Positions 18,735-29,096 of a DNA stretch of 64,000 nucleotides are shown here, piece by piece. How positions within the stretch are numbered: position 1 is the first letter of the stretch; every line of letters starts with the position of its first letter. The translations under genes and the position numbers were made by a program. The notes beneath the pieces were generated by a model that saw only the letters and a list, made by a program, of their open reading frames with translations, ran no database searches and was not told the origin of the DNA. Location: positions 182,150-246,149 of the IMG/VR virus record IMGVR_UViG_3300042261_002390. One strand, given 5' to 3'.

Positions 18735-20100
18735 ACGAATATTAGACGAAATTGCTAACGAATCCAGTACTTTAAAGAAAACGGAAATCGTTACTAAGTA
18801 TAAGGACAACGAATTGTTTAAACGTGTATTGTACTTGGCTAACTCGAAAAGGGTTAAGTTCTATATCAAACAAATCCCTGAGTATGATAAAACAAAGGGT
18901 AAATCTGATAATTTGTTGATTGGTTTAGAACAATTATTGGTGCTGAGTAACAGGGAGCTAACAGGTGCAAATGCAATTCATCATCTAAAACAGATATTGG
19001 AATTTCTTACACCTGATAATGCATACGTTATCGAACGTGTCATTGAAAAAGATTGTAAGATTAATTTCGGTACTCGAATGATTAACAAAGTCTTCCCGGA
19101 TTTGATTGAACGTACTGGTTATATGGGATGCAAACCATATTCTAAAGATTTGGTGTTAAAGCTATTGGCAAAGGGTAGCGTTTACAGTCAGGAAAAAATG
19201 GATGGTAGATATATGAATTCTATTATTCAAGGTGGCGAAATTTTAAACGAATCACGTCAAGGTGAGCCGACAATACTTGAAAATCCGTATTTTTTCACTG
19301 AATTATCACAATTAAAAGATTGTGTATTAAATGGTGAGTTGACGATGAATGGCGTAAATCGCTACGAATCAAATGGTATTATTTCATCGTTAATAACCAT
19401 TGCAACCAAAAAGAGCGAAGGAAAAGACGCATCTAAAGACATTGCAAAACTTGAAAAAAAACATATGCCTTATCAACAGGCACTGGATTTGGTTCGATTC
19501 ACAGCATGGGATATCTTGACAATTGATGAATATTTTACACGAAAATGTAAAAGACCATACAGTGAAAGGCTTGAAGATTTGAATGAAACATTAAAGGATT
19601 GTAAAATGCTTTCAGTTGTTGAAACACGTGAAGTATCAACCATTGAAGAAGTAATGCAACATTTCAATGAAATTCTTGAACAGGGTGGTGAAGGTACTGT
19701 TGTTAAATCAAAAGATGGTGTTTGGGCAGATTCAAAACCAGCCTATCAAATTAAGGTAAAAAAAGAAATGAATCTGGACTTACGTATTATCGGTTTTAAT
19801 TACGGCACTAAGGGCACTAAAAACGAAAACGTGATTTCTTCACTGGTTTGCCAATCTGAAGATGGATTATTAGTAACGTCTCCCGGTGGTATGGATGAAG
19901 ATACAATGGATTACGTCACTGAAAATATGGATAAACTATTTGGAACAATAGAAGAAATGAAATGTTCAGGTCTATCCAAAGACAATGAAGGTAATTATTC
20001 AACATTACATCCTAGACATTCTAAGTTTAGAGATGATAAGAATATTGCAAATACTTTGGCTGAATGTATTGAAATTGATAAATCTTGTTCATTGTTATAG
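18724..20100 (+). CDS. lig: ATP-dependent DNA ligase (T4 gp30-like)
   Basis: EKMDGRY (KxDG), LNGEL, EGTVVK, KVKKE and a C-terminal OB-fold with HPR..FRDDK. Confidence 0.92.
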   Translation: MTIKRILDEIANESSTLKKTEIVTKYKDNELFKRVLYLANSKRVKFYIKQIPEYDKTKGKSDNLLIGLEQLLVLSNRELTGANAIHHLKQILEFLTPDNAYVIERVIEKDCKINFGTRMINKVFPDLIERTGYMGCKPYSKDLVLKLLAKGSVYSQEKMDGRYMNSIIQGGEILNESRQGEPTILENPYFFTELSQLKDCVLNGELTMNGVNRYESNGIISSLITIATKKSEGKDASKDIAKLEKKHMPYQQALDLVRFTAWDILTIDEYFTRKCKRPYSERLEDLNETLKDCKMLSVVETREVSTIEEVMQHFNEILEQGGEGTVVKSKDGVWADSKPAYQIKVKKEMNLDLRIIGFNYGTKGTKNENVISSLVCQSEDGLLVTSPGGMDEDTMDYVTENMDKLFGTIEEMKCSGLSKDNEGNYSTLHPRHSKFRDDKNIANTLAECIEIDKSCSLL

Positions 20101-20101
20101 C

Positions 20102-20485
20102 ATGAAATTCAAAGCATTAAGACGAAAAGACACCAAAGAATTTGTTATATTTCGAAGATACAACAATGTCGATATGTTGTTCACAGCAGAATTTCCAACA
20201 TTGTTGGCTGAGACTGCCGATATTGAATATTTAAAGAAGAAAAATGAATTTATTGATTTCGAACAATTTGAATTGGTTGAAATTGATGTGTTTGTAAAAG
20301 GTGACGATGACTCAATCGGTGCAGATATCAGGAATAAACTAACACCGATTAAGAATTTATTAGCATTACTTACGGCATATGATAAAGAACCAACTGAAAG
20401 TAAAAAATATCTACTTAAAATATACATATATTCTGAAATGAAAAATTGTAAAAATTCATTAAAATATTTGCAGGACTTATTGTAA
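20102..20485 (+). CDS. hypothetical protein
   Basis: Internal ATG MKFKALRR directly after the ligase stop. Confidence 0.65.
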   Translation: MKFKALRRKDTKEFVIFRRYNNVDMLFTAEFPTLLAETADIEYLKKKNEFIDFEQFELVEIDVFVKGDDDSIGADIRNKLTPIKNLLALLTAYDKEPTESKKYLLKIYIYSEMKNCKNSLKYLQDLL

Positions 20486-20524
20486 TATTTTATATATTTG
20501 CAACGTAATATAAATAAATGTATT

Positions 20525-20812
20525 ATGAAAAGCTTATTTTTATCTTACTGTACAGAATATGAAGCAGGTTGGGGTTCAAAACCTGATGGATTTATTCTTG
20601 CCGATAATCTTGAAGCCTGTGAAGCTGAGATTAAACGTGTTGAAGATATCGGTTCACATGAAATGTATTGGCGTTATAGTAAACCAGAAGAAGTGTTTTG
20701 TGAAGATGAAACATATGCCAAATATGAATCATTAAAACCTGAAGGAAATCAATATGTTGGTTTCAACAGTAACAAAAGTATAAAAGATTTTGTGTTGTAT
20801 AGGAGAATATGA
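20525..20812 (+). CDS. hypothetical protein
   Basis: MKSLFLSY start; TATATTTG box at 20493-20500. Confidence 0.65.
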   Translation: MKSLFLSYCTEYEAGWGSKPDGFILADNLEACEAEIKRVEDIGSHEMYWRYSKPEEVFCEDETYAKYESLKPEGNQYVGFNSNKSIKDFVLYRRI

Positions 20813-20969
20813 GCGTAGATGACGGAATTGGTAGACGTAAGATGGCGTGGCACAAAAGTGTACATCTAGTATTAAATAGGACACGAGGGAAAGTTGGTAG
20901 TGTAATCTATGACGATAGATAAGAGAATCCAATCGTTTAATACTGCAGGTTCGAGTCCTGCTCTACGCA
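20813..20969 (+). ncRNA. tRNA-like RNA (Leu/Ser-type D and T arms) with an 18-nt anticodon loop and a 77-nt variable arm
   Basis: Acceptor GCGTAGA/TCTACGC, D arm ACG-GAATTGGTAGA-CGT, AGATG/CATCT stem, AGTATTAAA/TTTAATACT stem, T arm GCAGG-TTCGAGT-CCTGC; no CCA. Confidence 0.75.
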
Positions 20970-21139
20970 CGATTACTAACATTGGTGGCTGCATGTTGAA
21001 ATTGTCGGATAACGTGCCATGATAGTTTAAAGACTGTAAAAAAGGAAGCACCGACTGAAAGGAAAGTTCACAACTAAACCTAAGTTTTAGTTGGGTTTGA
21101 TAAATTAAACCTGACAAATTTTAATTAAAAACAGATTGT

Positions 21140-22012
21140 ATGGCTTATCTAAACATTGACAATTTATATTTAGCACAGGAAATTCTTTTATTTAAGGAAG
21201 CTTATGCGTTGGAAAAAATTCATGGAACATGCACACACATTGGATGGAATGCTGAAAATAAGCAAGTTCATTACTTTAGTGGTGGTGAAGAACACACAGC
21301 ATTTGTCGAATTATTTGATACAGTAAATATAAGGGCAAAATTCGAAGAATTGTTTCCGGATAAGAAAGTTGTAATCTATGGCGAATGCTATGGTGGAAAG
21401 CAGCAGGGCATGTCACATGTCTATGGAAAACAATTAAAGTTCATTGCTTTTGATGTGAAGGTTGATGGCGTGTGGTTAAACGTACCAAATGCTGAAGACG
21501 TTGCAAGTAAATTCGGACTTGAATTTGTTCATTATGACCGGATTGATGTTACATTAGAAAACCTTAAAGCTTATATGGAAGCACCTTCTGTTCAAGCTAT
21601 TCGTAATGGTATGGGTGACAATAAGCCACGTGAGGGTGTTGTATTGCGACCATTGATTGAATTGAAAATGAACAATGGCGAAAGGGTTATTGCTAAATAT
21701 AAGCCTGAAAAGAACATGGAAACAAAAACCAAGCGTGAAGTCAGTCCGGAACAATTAAAGATATTAACTGATGCTAAGGATATTGCAGAGGAATGGGTTG
21801 TTCCAAACAGGTTAGACCATGTATTGCAAAAATTTCCTGTCGATGTTAGCATGGAATCAATGGGCGATATTGTTAAAGCAATGATTGCCGACGTTTATCG
21901 TGAAGGTAGAAACGAGATTGTTGAATCTCAAGCTGTTTCCAAAGCGATTGGCAAAGAAACTGTTATATTGTTTAAACGAAGGCTTGAAGCAAAATTGAAA
22001 AACAATTTTTAA
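21140..22012 (+). CDS. RNA ligase, Rnl2 family
   Basis: EKIHGT (motif I), IYGE, FIAFDV, EGVVLRP, IAKYK. Confidence 0.85.
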   Translation: MAYLNIDNLYLAQEILLFKEAYALEKIHGTCTHIGWNAENKQVHYFSGGEEHTAFVELFDTVNIRAKFEELFPDKKVVIYGECYGGKQQGMSHVYGKQLKFIAFDVKVDGVWLNVPNAEDVASKFGLEFVHYDRIDVTLENLKAYMEAPSVQAIRNGMGDNKPREGVVLRPLIELKMNNGERVIAKYKPEKNMETKTKREVSPEQLKILTDAKDIAEEWVVPNRLDHVLQKFPVDVSMESMGDIVKAMIADVYREGRNEIVESQAVSKAIGKETVILFKRRLEAKLKNNF

Positions 22013-22122
22013 TTAAAAATGTAAACGAATATTATGAAAATAACTATCATGTATCATGATTCAACAACATATTTAGATAGAAAATATTGTAAATATTGTG
22101 ATATTGTAAAAACAAATAAATC

Positions 22123-22371
22123 ATGGAACAAGAATTATTAAAATACATTAAGCTTGGAATAAGCATATCAGGAAATCCTGTTGATGGTTATGAAGTGTTT
22201 ACAGTGCCAACACAACATTTTAAAGTTGCATCGTTGGATGATTTGACCCCGGAAAGGTTCGAACAAGAAACTCAAAGACAAAAAGACTTAAGTGATTTTG
22301 AAATAATTTCGGCAATTATTCCTGTTGAAAATAAAACTATTCCTTATCCGATTTTCAGAGAATTTCATTGA
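22123..22371 (+). CDS. hypothetical protein
   Basis: 82-aa ORF. Confidence 0.6.
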   Translation: MEQELLKYIKLGISISGNPVDGYEVFTVPTQHFKVASLDDLTPERFEQETQRQKDLSDFEIISAIIPVENKTIPYPIFREFH

Positions 22372-22377
22372 AATATA

Positions 22378-22428
22378 AGGTTGTAGCCTAATAAACAACA
22401 ATTATTAGGTTATAGCCTTATTTTTTTG
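22378..22428 (+). terminator. intrinsic terminator
   Basis: AGGTTGTAGCCTAATAA / TTATTAGGTTATAGCCT hairpin followed by a T7 run. Confidence 0.65.
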
Positions 22429-22436
22429 TAAAAATA

Positions 22437-22462
22437 TGTAACAAATTCAATTTAATTACGTA
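22437..22462 (+). promoter_or_regulatory. ECF-type promoter TGTAAC-N16-CGTA
   Basis: Recurrent intergenic motif. Confidence 0.65.
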
Positions 22463-22481
22463 ATATTGTAAAAACATTCAC

Positions 22482-22916
22482 ATGGAATTATATTTAGTTA
22501 GAAATAAAGAAGGCAAGTACTTAAGAGCCAAAGGTTATAATGGTTATGGTGATTCTTGGGTTGAAGATATCAATAAGGCAAAAATATATCCCCGAAAAGG
22601 CACAGCATTATCACAAATTACTTGGTGGGGTAGAAAATATCCTGAATATGGTGTTCCTGACTTAATTCCACTTATTTGCACAGCAGGTGAACCTATTGAC
22701 CAGACTAAAAGGGTTAGTGATTCCATTAGAAAGAAAGCAATCAATGAAGCTAAACGTAAATTGAAATGGGCAAAGTATCAATTAGATTTAGCTGCTATTG
22801 ATTTAAAGCATAAAGGTGCTAATTATTACCAAAGCAAATATGATACTGCAAATGCAACATATAATAATGCAGTTAAAGTATTAGAAAATCTAGATGTTAA
22901 ACATAAAAATATTTAA
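22482..22916 (+). CDS. hypothetical protein
   Basis: 144-aa ORF. Confidence 0.7.
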   Translation: MELYLVRNKEGKYLRAKGYNGYGDSWVEDINKAKIYPRKGTALSQITWWGRKYPEYGVPDLIPLICTAGEPIDQTKRVSDSIRKKAINEAKRKLKWAKYQLDLAAIDLKHKGANYYQSKYDTANATYNNAVKVLENLDVKHKNI

Positions 22917-22917
22917 A

Positions 22918-23853
22918 ATGAGAAGAGCGTATAATGATTTCGGATTAATTGAAGTTGAAGATAAATTCATTGGTGTTTCATTGGGTTATGACCATTGTGC
23001 TGAACACGAATGGGGCGTTCGTGAACTTAAAGATATGTTTGGCGTTCCCGAAGCAAATAAGGAAAATATGGGCGTAAAATCACGTACTATAACAAAATGC
23101 CCCACACTTGTTTTCAGAACTGGTAAGCATAAAGGCGTTAATCACGCACTATTGTATACTGGCGTAAGTTGGCGTAGTGATGAAGAAAATGCTAAATATA
23201 CTCCACGTGATTTCGAAAAATATCCAGAACAAATATTGGATAACATCAAATGGGTGGTTGAAGACAATAAAAAGCCACGCAATGCAGGTTGTCAAAGAGA
23301 AATGCCAGAACCTGTGATTACTGCATGGTCTAGTAGTGATTTTGGTGTTGCGGTTTACGGAGATAAGGAAACTGAACAGCTTAAAGAACTATATGAAGCA
23401 TTTAGGGCAAATAATGTGACTATTGCCGTATCAAATTTAAAAGCAAAAAATCCATTTGCTGGTTCATCATTGTGCTTGTTGATTACTGATAGAATCCCGA
23501 AAGAAACTCTTGACCTAATGTATGCAGGCGATAAAGAATATTTCGACCGTGAAGATTATGAGGAAGAAATTGGCATGAAGAAAATCATCGAAAAGTACGG
23601 AAATAAAAACGGTTATCATGGTTTGCATTATTTTATGGCATGTTCACCTAAATGGATTAGTTATAGTGATACTGAAGCACGTGAAGTACAAAGAGCTAAA
23701 TATGGTACTCAATATGATATTATGTATTGGGTTAACTACAGCGATGATGAACATAATTATGGTTGGTTTACTGTTGAGGAAATCCGTGAATGGTTAACTG
23801 GCACGAAAAAATTAAGTAAAATTAAAGAAGAACGTAAGTCAAAAAAAAACTAG
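22918..23853 (+). CDS. hypothetical protein
   Basis: 311 aa from MRRAYNDF. Confidence 0.75.
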   Translation: MRRAYNDFGLIEVEDKFIGVSLGYDHCAEHEWGVRELKDMFGVPEANKENMGVKSRTITKCPTLVFRTGKHKGVNHALLYTGVSWRSDEENAKYTPRDFEKYPEQILDNIKWVVEDNKKPRNAGCQREMPEPVITAWSSSDFGVAVYGDKETEQLKELYEAFRANNVTIAVSNLKAKNPFAGSSLCLLITDRIPKETLDLMYAGDKEYFDREDYEEEIGMKKIIEKYGNKNGYHGLHYFMACSPKWISYSDTEAREVQRAKYGTQYDIMYWVNYSDDEHNYGWFTVEEIREWLTGTKKLSKIKEERKSKKN

Positions 23854-23855
23854 CA

Positions 23856-24050
23856 ATGAAAAATAGGAGAAAAACTTGTTGGTATGAAATGTGCCCGGGA
23901 TATGTTTTTAAAGCAGTATCACTAGGTATTGTGAGAAAAAGATGGTTTAGCCGTCCAGAACACTTAGTACTTTATCGTGCTAAATTCGGCAAAAATCACT
24001 ATTGTGTGATTGATTGGGTTAACGAAAAATATTTGGTAGAAAGGAGTTAA
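23856..24050 (+). CDS. small basic hypothetical protein
   Basis: 64 aa, packed between genes. Confidence 0.55.
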   Translation: MKNRRKTCWYEMCPGYVFKAVSLGIVRKRWFSRPEHLVLYRAKFGKNHYCVIDWVNEKYLVERS

Positions 24051-24051
24051 G

Positions 24052-24603
24052 ATGGAAGAAAAAGAATTAAAATTAAGAATGTATTTTTTCACAGTATCGT
24101 CACTTCAAGGCATATCTCAAGGTATAATGTGTGGTCATGCAGCTTTAAGATACGCAAGATTATTTTCTGAAAAAGACCCACAAGTGTGGCAATTCGTGGA
24201 CAACCATGAAACTTGGGTGATTTTAAACGGTGGGACAACAAATTCTGAATATGATTTTGATGGTACGCCTAAAGGTAGCCTCAATCAAATCGCTGAGTCA
24301 CTGCATGAAAACGACATACAGTTCTCATATTTCGTTGAACCTGACTTAAACAATGCATTAAGTGCAGTTTGTTTTATTACGGACGAGCGAGTATTTAATA
24401 GGAAAGATTATCCCGAATTTCAGGATTATTTGGTCGATGTTAAGAACCTCTATGATGCCGAACAGAAATTTCGCATATATAGAACACCAATTGATGTTTT
24501 AAAAGAAAAGCATCCTGATGAATATAAGGAATGGGTACGTCTTATTGGTGGTGTGAAGAATGTTTTTCTTCGTGAATTATTAAGAGATAAGAAAAAAGCA
24601 TAA
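24052..24603 (+). CDS. peptidyl-tRNA hydrolase type 2 (Pth2)-like protein
   Basis: MYFFT...GIMCGHAAL, VILNGG, FVEPDLNNALSAVCF pattern. Confidence 0.65.
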   Translation: MEEKELKLRMYFFTVSSLQGISQGIMCGHAALRYARLFSEKDPQVWQFVDNHETWVILNGGTTNSEYDFDGTPKGSLNQIAESLHENDIQFSYFVEPDLNNALSAVCFITDERVFNRKDYPEFQDYLVDVKNLYDAEQKFRIYRTPIDVLKEKHPDEYKEWVRLIGGVKNVFLRELLRDKKKA

Positions 24604-24612
24604 AAAAATAAA

Positions 24613-25191
24613 ATGAACTTACGTAAATTTTTCAATTATCCTGATACTAAACAAAAATCATTAATTTCTAATGATATTAATACTATCATGAAGAAATGTG
24701 GCGATATTGCATATGCCGAGCAACGTGAACAACGTGACTTAAAGATAAGACACGATAGTAAATGCCAAAACGGAAAATGTAAGAGCAATGATATTGTTAA
24801 TAAAATAAGGGATGTACAGGGTAGGGGAAATGTTTCCGGTACATTTTATTTAGGCTTTGGTGATGTTTCTGGTAATTTAATGGTTGATACGTTAGAAGTA
24901 AATCATTGTAACGTGTGCGGTCATGAATGGAGAAAATTTAAAGAAAAATCAATTAGCAGTGAGCAGATTTTGGTTGTAGCGTTAAATTATTTGGCTGATA
25001 TTTTAACTAAGCCAATTGAAAAGGAAGATTTTCCTTGGAAAGCTGATGCTATAAAAGTGTTTGATGATTGTTGTGCAGAATCAATATATAGCTTAGTGAT
25101 AAAAAACAAATCTAATATTTTTATCAATACTGCATCTAAATTGAATCGTAATCAGTTGAGAAAGCACTATAAATCTGTTTTTGATAATTAG
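24613..25191 (+). CDS. hypothetical protein with a zinc-ribbon-like motif
   Basis: CQNGKC and CNVCGHEW. Confidence 0.65.
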   Translation: MNLRKFFNYPDTKQKSLISNDINTIMKKCGDIAYAEQREQRDLKIRHDSKCQNGKCKSNDIVNKIRDVQGRGNVSGTFYLGFGDVSGNLMVDTLEVNHCNVCGHEWRKFKEKSISSEQILVVALNYLADILTKPIEKEDFPWKADAIKVFDDCCAESIYSLVIKNKSNIFINTASKLNRNQLRKHYKSVFDN

Positions 25192-25237
25192 TATAAAGAA
25201 TCTATTATTATTTTATTAACTTCACAGTTTTAATCAA

Positions 25238-25756
25238 ATGAAAAATTTTAAAATTATTGCCATAGCTGCAGTTAGTGTAGATGGCGTTATTGGTATTGGT
25301 GATAAAATACCTTGGCATATCTCTGAAGACTTCAAACATTTTAGAGATACCACAATGGGAAGTACGTTGATTATCGGGTATAATACGTATTTAACACTTC
25401 CTGAAAAAGCGTTTGAAGGCAGAAATTATTTTGTGTTGAATGGCGGTGTGAAATTTGAACATAATCGCAGAAATGTATTCCAATTTGATTCGTTAGATTC
25501 ATTGATAGCTGCACTTCCGGATAATGCCGATTTGTTTAAAAATAACGTCTATGTTGCGGGTGGCGCAATGGTTTATGAGTCTGCAATTGATTATTGCGAT
25601 GAAGCAATAATTACTTGGGTTAATAAAATCTATCCGGATGGGACTAAGTACTTTCCTATCGAAAAATTATTCAATAATTTTGAAATTTACGATGACCAAG
25701 ACTGGCAAAAAAGTCAATCTGGACTATCATACAAAATAACTAAATATAAAAAATAG
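25238..25756 (+). CDS. folA: dihydrofolate reductase
   Basis: VIGIGDKIPWHISEDFKHFR, IIGYNTY, VAGGAMVY. Confidence 0.92.
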   Translation: MKNFKIIAIAAVSVDGVIGIGDKIPWHISEDFKHFRDTTMGSTLIIGYNTYLTLPEKAFEGRNYFVLNGGVKFEHNRRNVFQFDSLDSLIAALPDNADLFKNNVYVAGGAMVYESAIDYCDEAIITWVNKIYPDGTKYFPIEKLFNNFEIYDDQDWQKSQSGLSYKITKYKK

Positions 25757-25760
25757 TATT

Positions 25761-26042
25761 ATGAGCAAAGAATTGTCAGTTATTATTTTAGGCGGTGCAA
25801 ATTCTGGAAAGTCTGCGATGATGCTGCAGATTGAAAAACTGCTTAAAGAAAATGGTTTCAATGTTGAATTGTCATTCGAAGGTCATCCCGACTATTCTGG
25901 AAATAACACCGTTCATTTTCACGAAAGAGAAGGTAAAAATTTTGAGAATAAAATTGAGGCAATCAAGAAAAAAACAAAAATTATTTTAAAAGAAGCACAA
26001 TTAAAACATGTCCCCGTCTACCATCTCCAACCAGAAGACTAA
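25761..26042 (+). CDS. small protein with a P-loop-like motif
   Basis: GGANSGKS near the N-terminus. Confidence 0.6.
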   Translation: MSKELSVIILGGANSGKSAMMLQIEKLLKENGFNVELSFEGHPDYSGNNTVHFHEREGKNFENKIEAIKKKTKIILKEAQLKHVPVYHLQPED

Positions 26043-26523
26043 ACCAATTAGTACTCAAGAAATGGAAGTAGCGATAGCTACGATGTTTGGCATTAGAACA
26101 CACGTTATAGTGCCAAACATCTCTTGGGGATTGCCGGGAATGCATGAATGTGATTTATTTGTGATTCCTAAGTCTGGTTGTGCTAAAGAAGTTGAAATTA
26201 AAAGAAGCAAGTCAGATTTTTTAGCTGATTTTAAAAAGGGGCATAATCATGTGGATAGACAAAAAAGGATAAGTGAGTTCTATTATGCCTTTCCTGCTGA
26301 TTTAGTTGATAAATGCATTGATTTAGTTCCTGAAAACGCAGGTATTATTGTATGTGAACGTTATAAAAATTATCGTGGTATCGAATCAGTTAGAGCTAGT
26401 ATTAAACGTAAAGCGAAATGGATTAAAGATTCGAGAAAGCTAACACTTGAAGAACAATTTAAAATCGCACGCTTAGGTTGCATGAGGATTTGGGGTCTTA
26501 AACAAAAATTAAATAAAAAATGA
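26008..26523 (+). CDS. MmcB-like PD-(D/E)XK nuclease
   Basis: ECDLFVI...EVEIKRSKSDFLADFKK, YYAFP. Confidence 0.7.
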   Translation: MSPSTISNQKTKPISTQEMEVAIATMFGIRTHVIVPNISWGLPGMHECDLFVIPKSGCAKEVEIKRSKSDFLADFKKGHNHVDRQKRISEFYYAFPADLVDKCIDLVPENAGIIVCERYKNYRGIESVRASIKRKAKWIKDSRKLTLEEQFKIARLGCMRIWGLKQKLNKK

Positions 26524-26807
26524 GAAAGATTTTAGCCGTAATATGTTTGTTGGTTTTGGCTTCTTGCATGGGTAAACCAAAAGATAAATCCACACCTACT
26601 ACAGATTTTTGGGAAATGAAGAAAGACAGTAAATATGAAATTTTCATTTCTGGTGGGGAAGATATAATATATGTTAAGTCATATGAGTTTATGGATAATG
26701 GTTGCTGTAAAGCAGAATATTTAAGGAAAAAAGGTTCTGGTGGAGCAAGATGGGACACCACAATTATTTGCGGTTCGTTTGCAATAAGAACATATGAAAA
26801 ACGATAA
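26520..26807 (+). CDS. putative lipoprotein
   Basis: Signal peptide ending VLASC. Confidence 0.65.
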   Translation: MRKILAVICLLVLASCMGKPKDKSTPTTDFWEMKKDSKYEIFISGGEDIIYVKSYEFMDNGCCKAEYLRKKGSGGARWDTTIICGSFAIRTYEKR

Positions 26808-27426
26808 GAAACTTTTAAATAAAAAACAAATGACAATTCCAAAATTCAATAACGTTCCTAACGAACGAATTCAATTAAGATACACCACTAATTCAGGTAA
26901 ACAAGTTGATTTAGATTATTTTATTTCAAGGTCGGTTGCAGTCGTTGGTGTTGTGATTGCCAGTACATTAAATGGTATGTATGTGCTGATAGCACAAAGG
27001 TCAAAAAATATGCGTGATGAAGCACTTAAGTTTGGTGTGCCTTGTGGTTACCTTGACTGGAATGAAAATGCACATGAAGCAATGGTTAGGGAAATTTGTG
27101 AAGAAACTTCATTACATTTGCCGGATTTCGAAAAATATATTATCTTTGACAACAATAAGCAGCCATACTGTGTAAAGTCGAGTCCTAGTGAGAATCATCA
27201 AAATGTATCGTTGTTATTTGTGACTGTTGTGGATTTATATGCCGAAATGCAATTATTTCCATACGATATTGAGAAATTTACTTGTCATGAAACCTCTATG
27301 GTTAAATGGATGCCTTTTGTTGAATTCATAACCAATCGTAAAAACATTGAATGGGCGTTTAATCATGATGAAACAATTATGGGTGCGTTAAAACATTTCA
27401 ACGAGAATTATAAAGCAAATGGATGA
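26794..27426 (+). CDS. NUDIX hydrolase
   Basis: Nudix box CGYLDWNENAHEAMVREICEETSL. Confidence 0.85.
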   Translation: MKNDKKLLNKKQMTIPKFNNVPNERIQLRYTTNSGKQVDLDYFISRSVAVVGVVIASTLNGMYVLIAQRSKNMRDEALKFGVPCGYLDWNENAHEAMVREICEETSLHLPDFEKYIIFDNNKQPYCVKSSPSENHQNVSLLFVTVVDLYAEMQLFPYDIEKFTCHETSMVKWMPFVEFITNRKNIEWAFNHDETIMGALKHFNENYKANG

Positions 27427-28837
27427 TAATAAACTATTACTTCCATCTGGAAAACTCATTACATTTAATGATGAGCAATATGATGGGATTAATAACATAC
27501 GGAATTGGTTAAAAATAAGGAAGAATAATAATTATTTCACTCTTGCAGGTTATGCAGGTACAGGTAAATCAACGATAATCAAGAAGATTCTTGACCAGTT
27601 TCGTGGTGGAGTTGTTGTATCAGCACCAACACATAAAGCTAAAAAGGTTGTTATGAATACAACCAATAGAGATGGTCAGACCTTACATGGATTGTTGGGT
27701 TTAAGACCTGATTTGGATTTAGATAATTTTAATCCAAATGACCCTAAATTTAATCCGATTGCTTTACCAAAAATTAATGATTATAATCTTGTGATTATTG
27801 ATGAAGCATCTATGATTAATAAAGAGTTATATGATTTAATTTTAGAACAAACTGAAGATGGTTGGACAAAAATATTGTTTGTTGGTGACCCGGCGCAAAT
27901 TCCACCTGTTGGTGAAAAAGAAAGTGCTGTTTTTAGTGCAAAAACCAATTTATTTCATCAATTAACTAAAATCGAAAGGCAGAATGATACCAATCCTCTG
28001 GCATATATTTATGATGCATTGAGAAACAATTTAACCACCGTTGATGGCGGTTTTAAGCGCATTAGTAACATTAATGAACATGGTGAAGGAATTCGGTTCA
28101 CTTTGAAAAAACGTGAGTTTAGAACGGCTGTTCTCGATAAGTTTTCATCTGAAGAATTTAAAAAGGATACTGACTATGCAAAAGTAATTGCATGGAAAAA
28201 TGATACTGTTATTAGCTCAAATCATGTGATTCGAAATGCGTTGTTAAATAACACATCTGAAATGATTGAAGTCAATGACATATTAATGGGATATCGTAGC
28301 GTTAGCGATGATAAGGGAAGATACAATATTATCGAAAATTCTGCTGATTATCGTGTTGTTGATAAATTGAAGAGAGAAACTAATGCTTATGGCATTCAAG
28401 GCTATCAAGTTAAATTGAGAGAAGATTTAGCTAAGGGCGAGTTTAAATTTATTGATGTTTTTATCATCGACACTAATGATAATGATAACTTACATTTATA
28501 TGCTGAAATGCACGATTTTTTGCGTGACATGGGTAAGGCAAATAAAGGTATGTGGAAAAAGTATTATGAGTTTAGACGTTGTAATTTATTGATGAAAACA
28601 ATCAATGTATATAGAAACGGATTGCTTCGTAGTTCTGGCGATATTATTGTTAAGGATTTGGACTATGGTTATGCAATCACCGGGCATAAATCACAGGGTA
28701 GTACATACAGTCATGTATTTGTGATGGAGAATGATATTAATAATAATTGGGTGCTTAAAGAAAGAAATCAAATAAAATATGTTGCATTAACCAGACCTAG
28801 TTTAACTGCAACAGTGTTAACAACTAAATTAGATTAA
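27419..28837 (+). CDS. dda: SF1B helicase, T4 Dda/RecD-like
   Basis: GYAGTGKS, IIDEASM, GDPAQIPPV, YAITGHKSQGST, YVALTR. Confidence 0.88.
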   Translation: MDDNKLLLPSGKLITFNDEQYDGINNIRNWLKIRKNNNYFTLAGYAGTGKSTIIKKILDQFRGGVVVSAPTHKAKKVVMNTTNRDGQTLHGLLGLRPDLDLDNFNPNDPKFNPIALPKINDYNLVIIDEASMINKELYDLILEQTEDGWTKILFVGDPAQIPPVGEKESAVFSAKTNLFHQLTKIERQNDTNPLAYIYDALRNNLTTVDGGFKRISNINEHGEGIRFTLKKREFRTAVLDKFSSEEFKKDTDYAKVIAWKNDTVISSNHVIRNALLNNTSEMIEVNDILMGYRSVSDDKGRYNIIENSADYRVVDKLKRETNAYGIQGYQVKLREDLAKGEFKFIDVFIIDTNDNDNLHLYAEMHDFLRDMGKANKGMWKKYYEFRRCNLLMKTINVYRNGLLRSSGDIIVKDLDYGYAITGHKSQGSTYSHVFVMENDINNNWVLKERNQIKYVALTRPSLTATVLTTKLD

Positions 28838-29094
28838 TGATGGAAAAATTTACACACGGAATTATGGTAGTTAATCCTAAAATAACGGATGAGAATGGTG
28901 ATGTTAATGTTCTTCATTTTGCTGGATATTGGGAACAACCTACATCAGAAGATGTACTCTCGTTAATGGATGAACTTGAAACCGATGAAACTTTTGGCTT
29001 AACAGAAATGGCACAAGCAGGTGAACTTGAATACTACCCGGCAAGTCCTGAAATTCTTGACCACTTCAATGGTTTAAACTTTGAAGAAGAATAG
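28837..29094 (+). CDS. hypothetical acidic protein
   Basis: 85 aa, stop/start overlap. Confidence 0.65.
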   Translation: MMEKFTHGIMVVNPKITDENGDVNVLHFAGYWEQPTSEDVLSLMDELETDETFGLTEMAQAGELEYYPASPEILDHFNGLNFEEE

Positions 29095-29096
29095 CC

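Noticed and set aside
20813-20969. tmRNA, or a normal tRNA-Leu with an intron
   Set aside because: Too short for tmRNA, has a full D stem and no tag ORF. The inserts are not at the canonical 37/38 intron position, and no 7-nt anticodon loop can be formed by a simple excision that I can identify.
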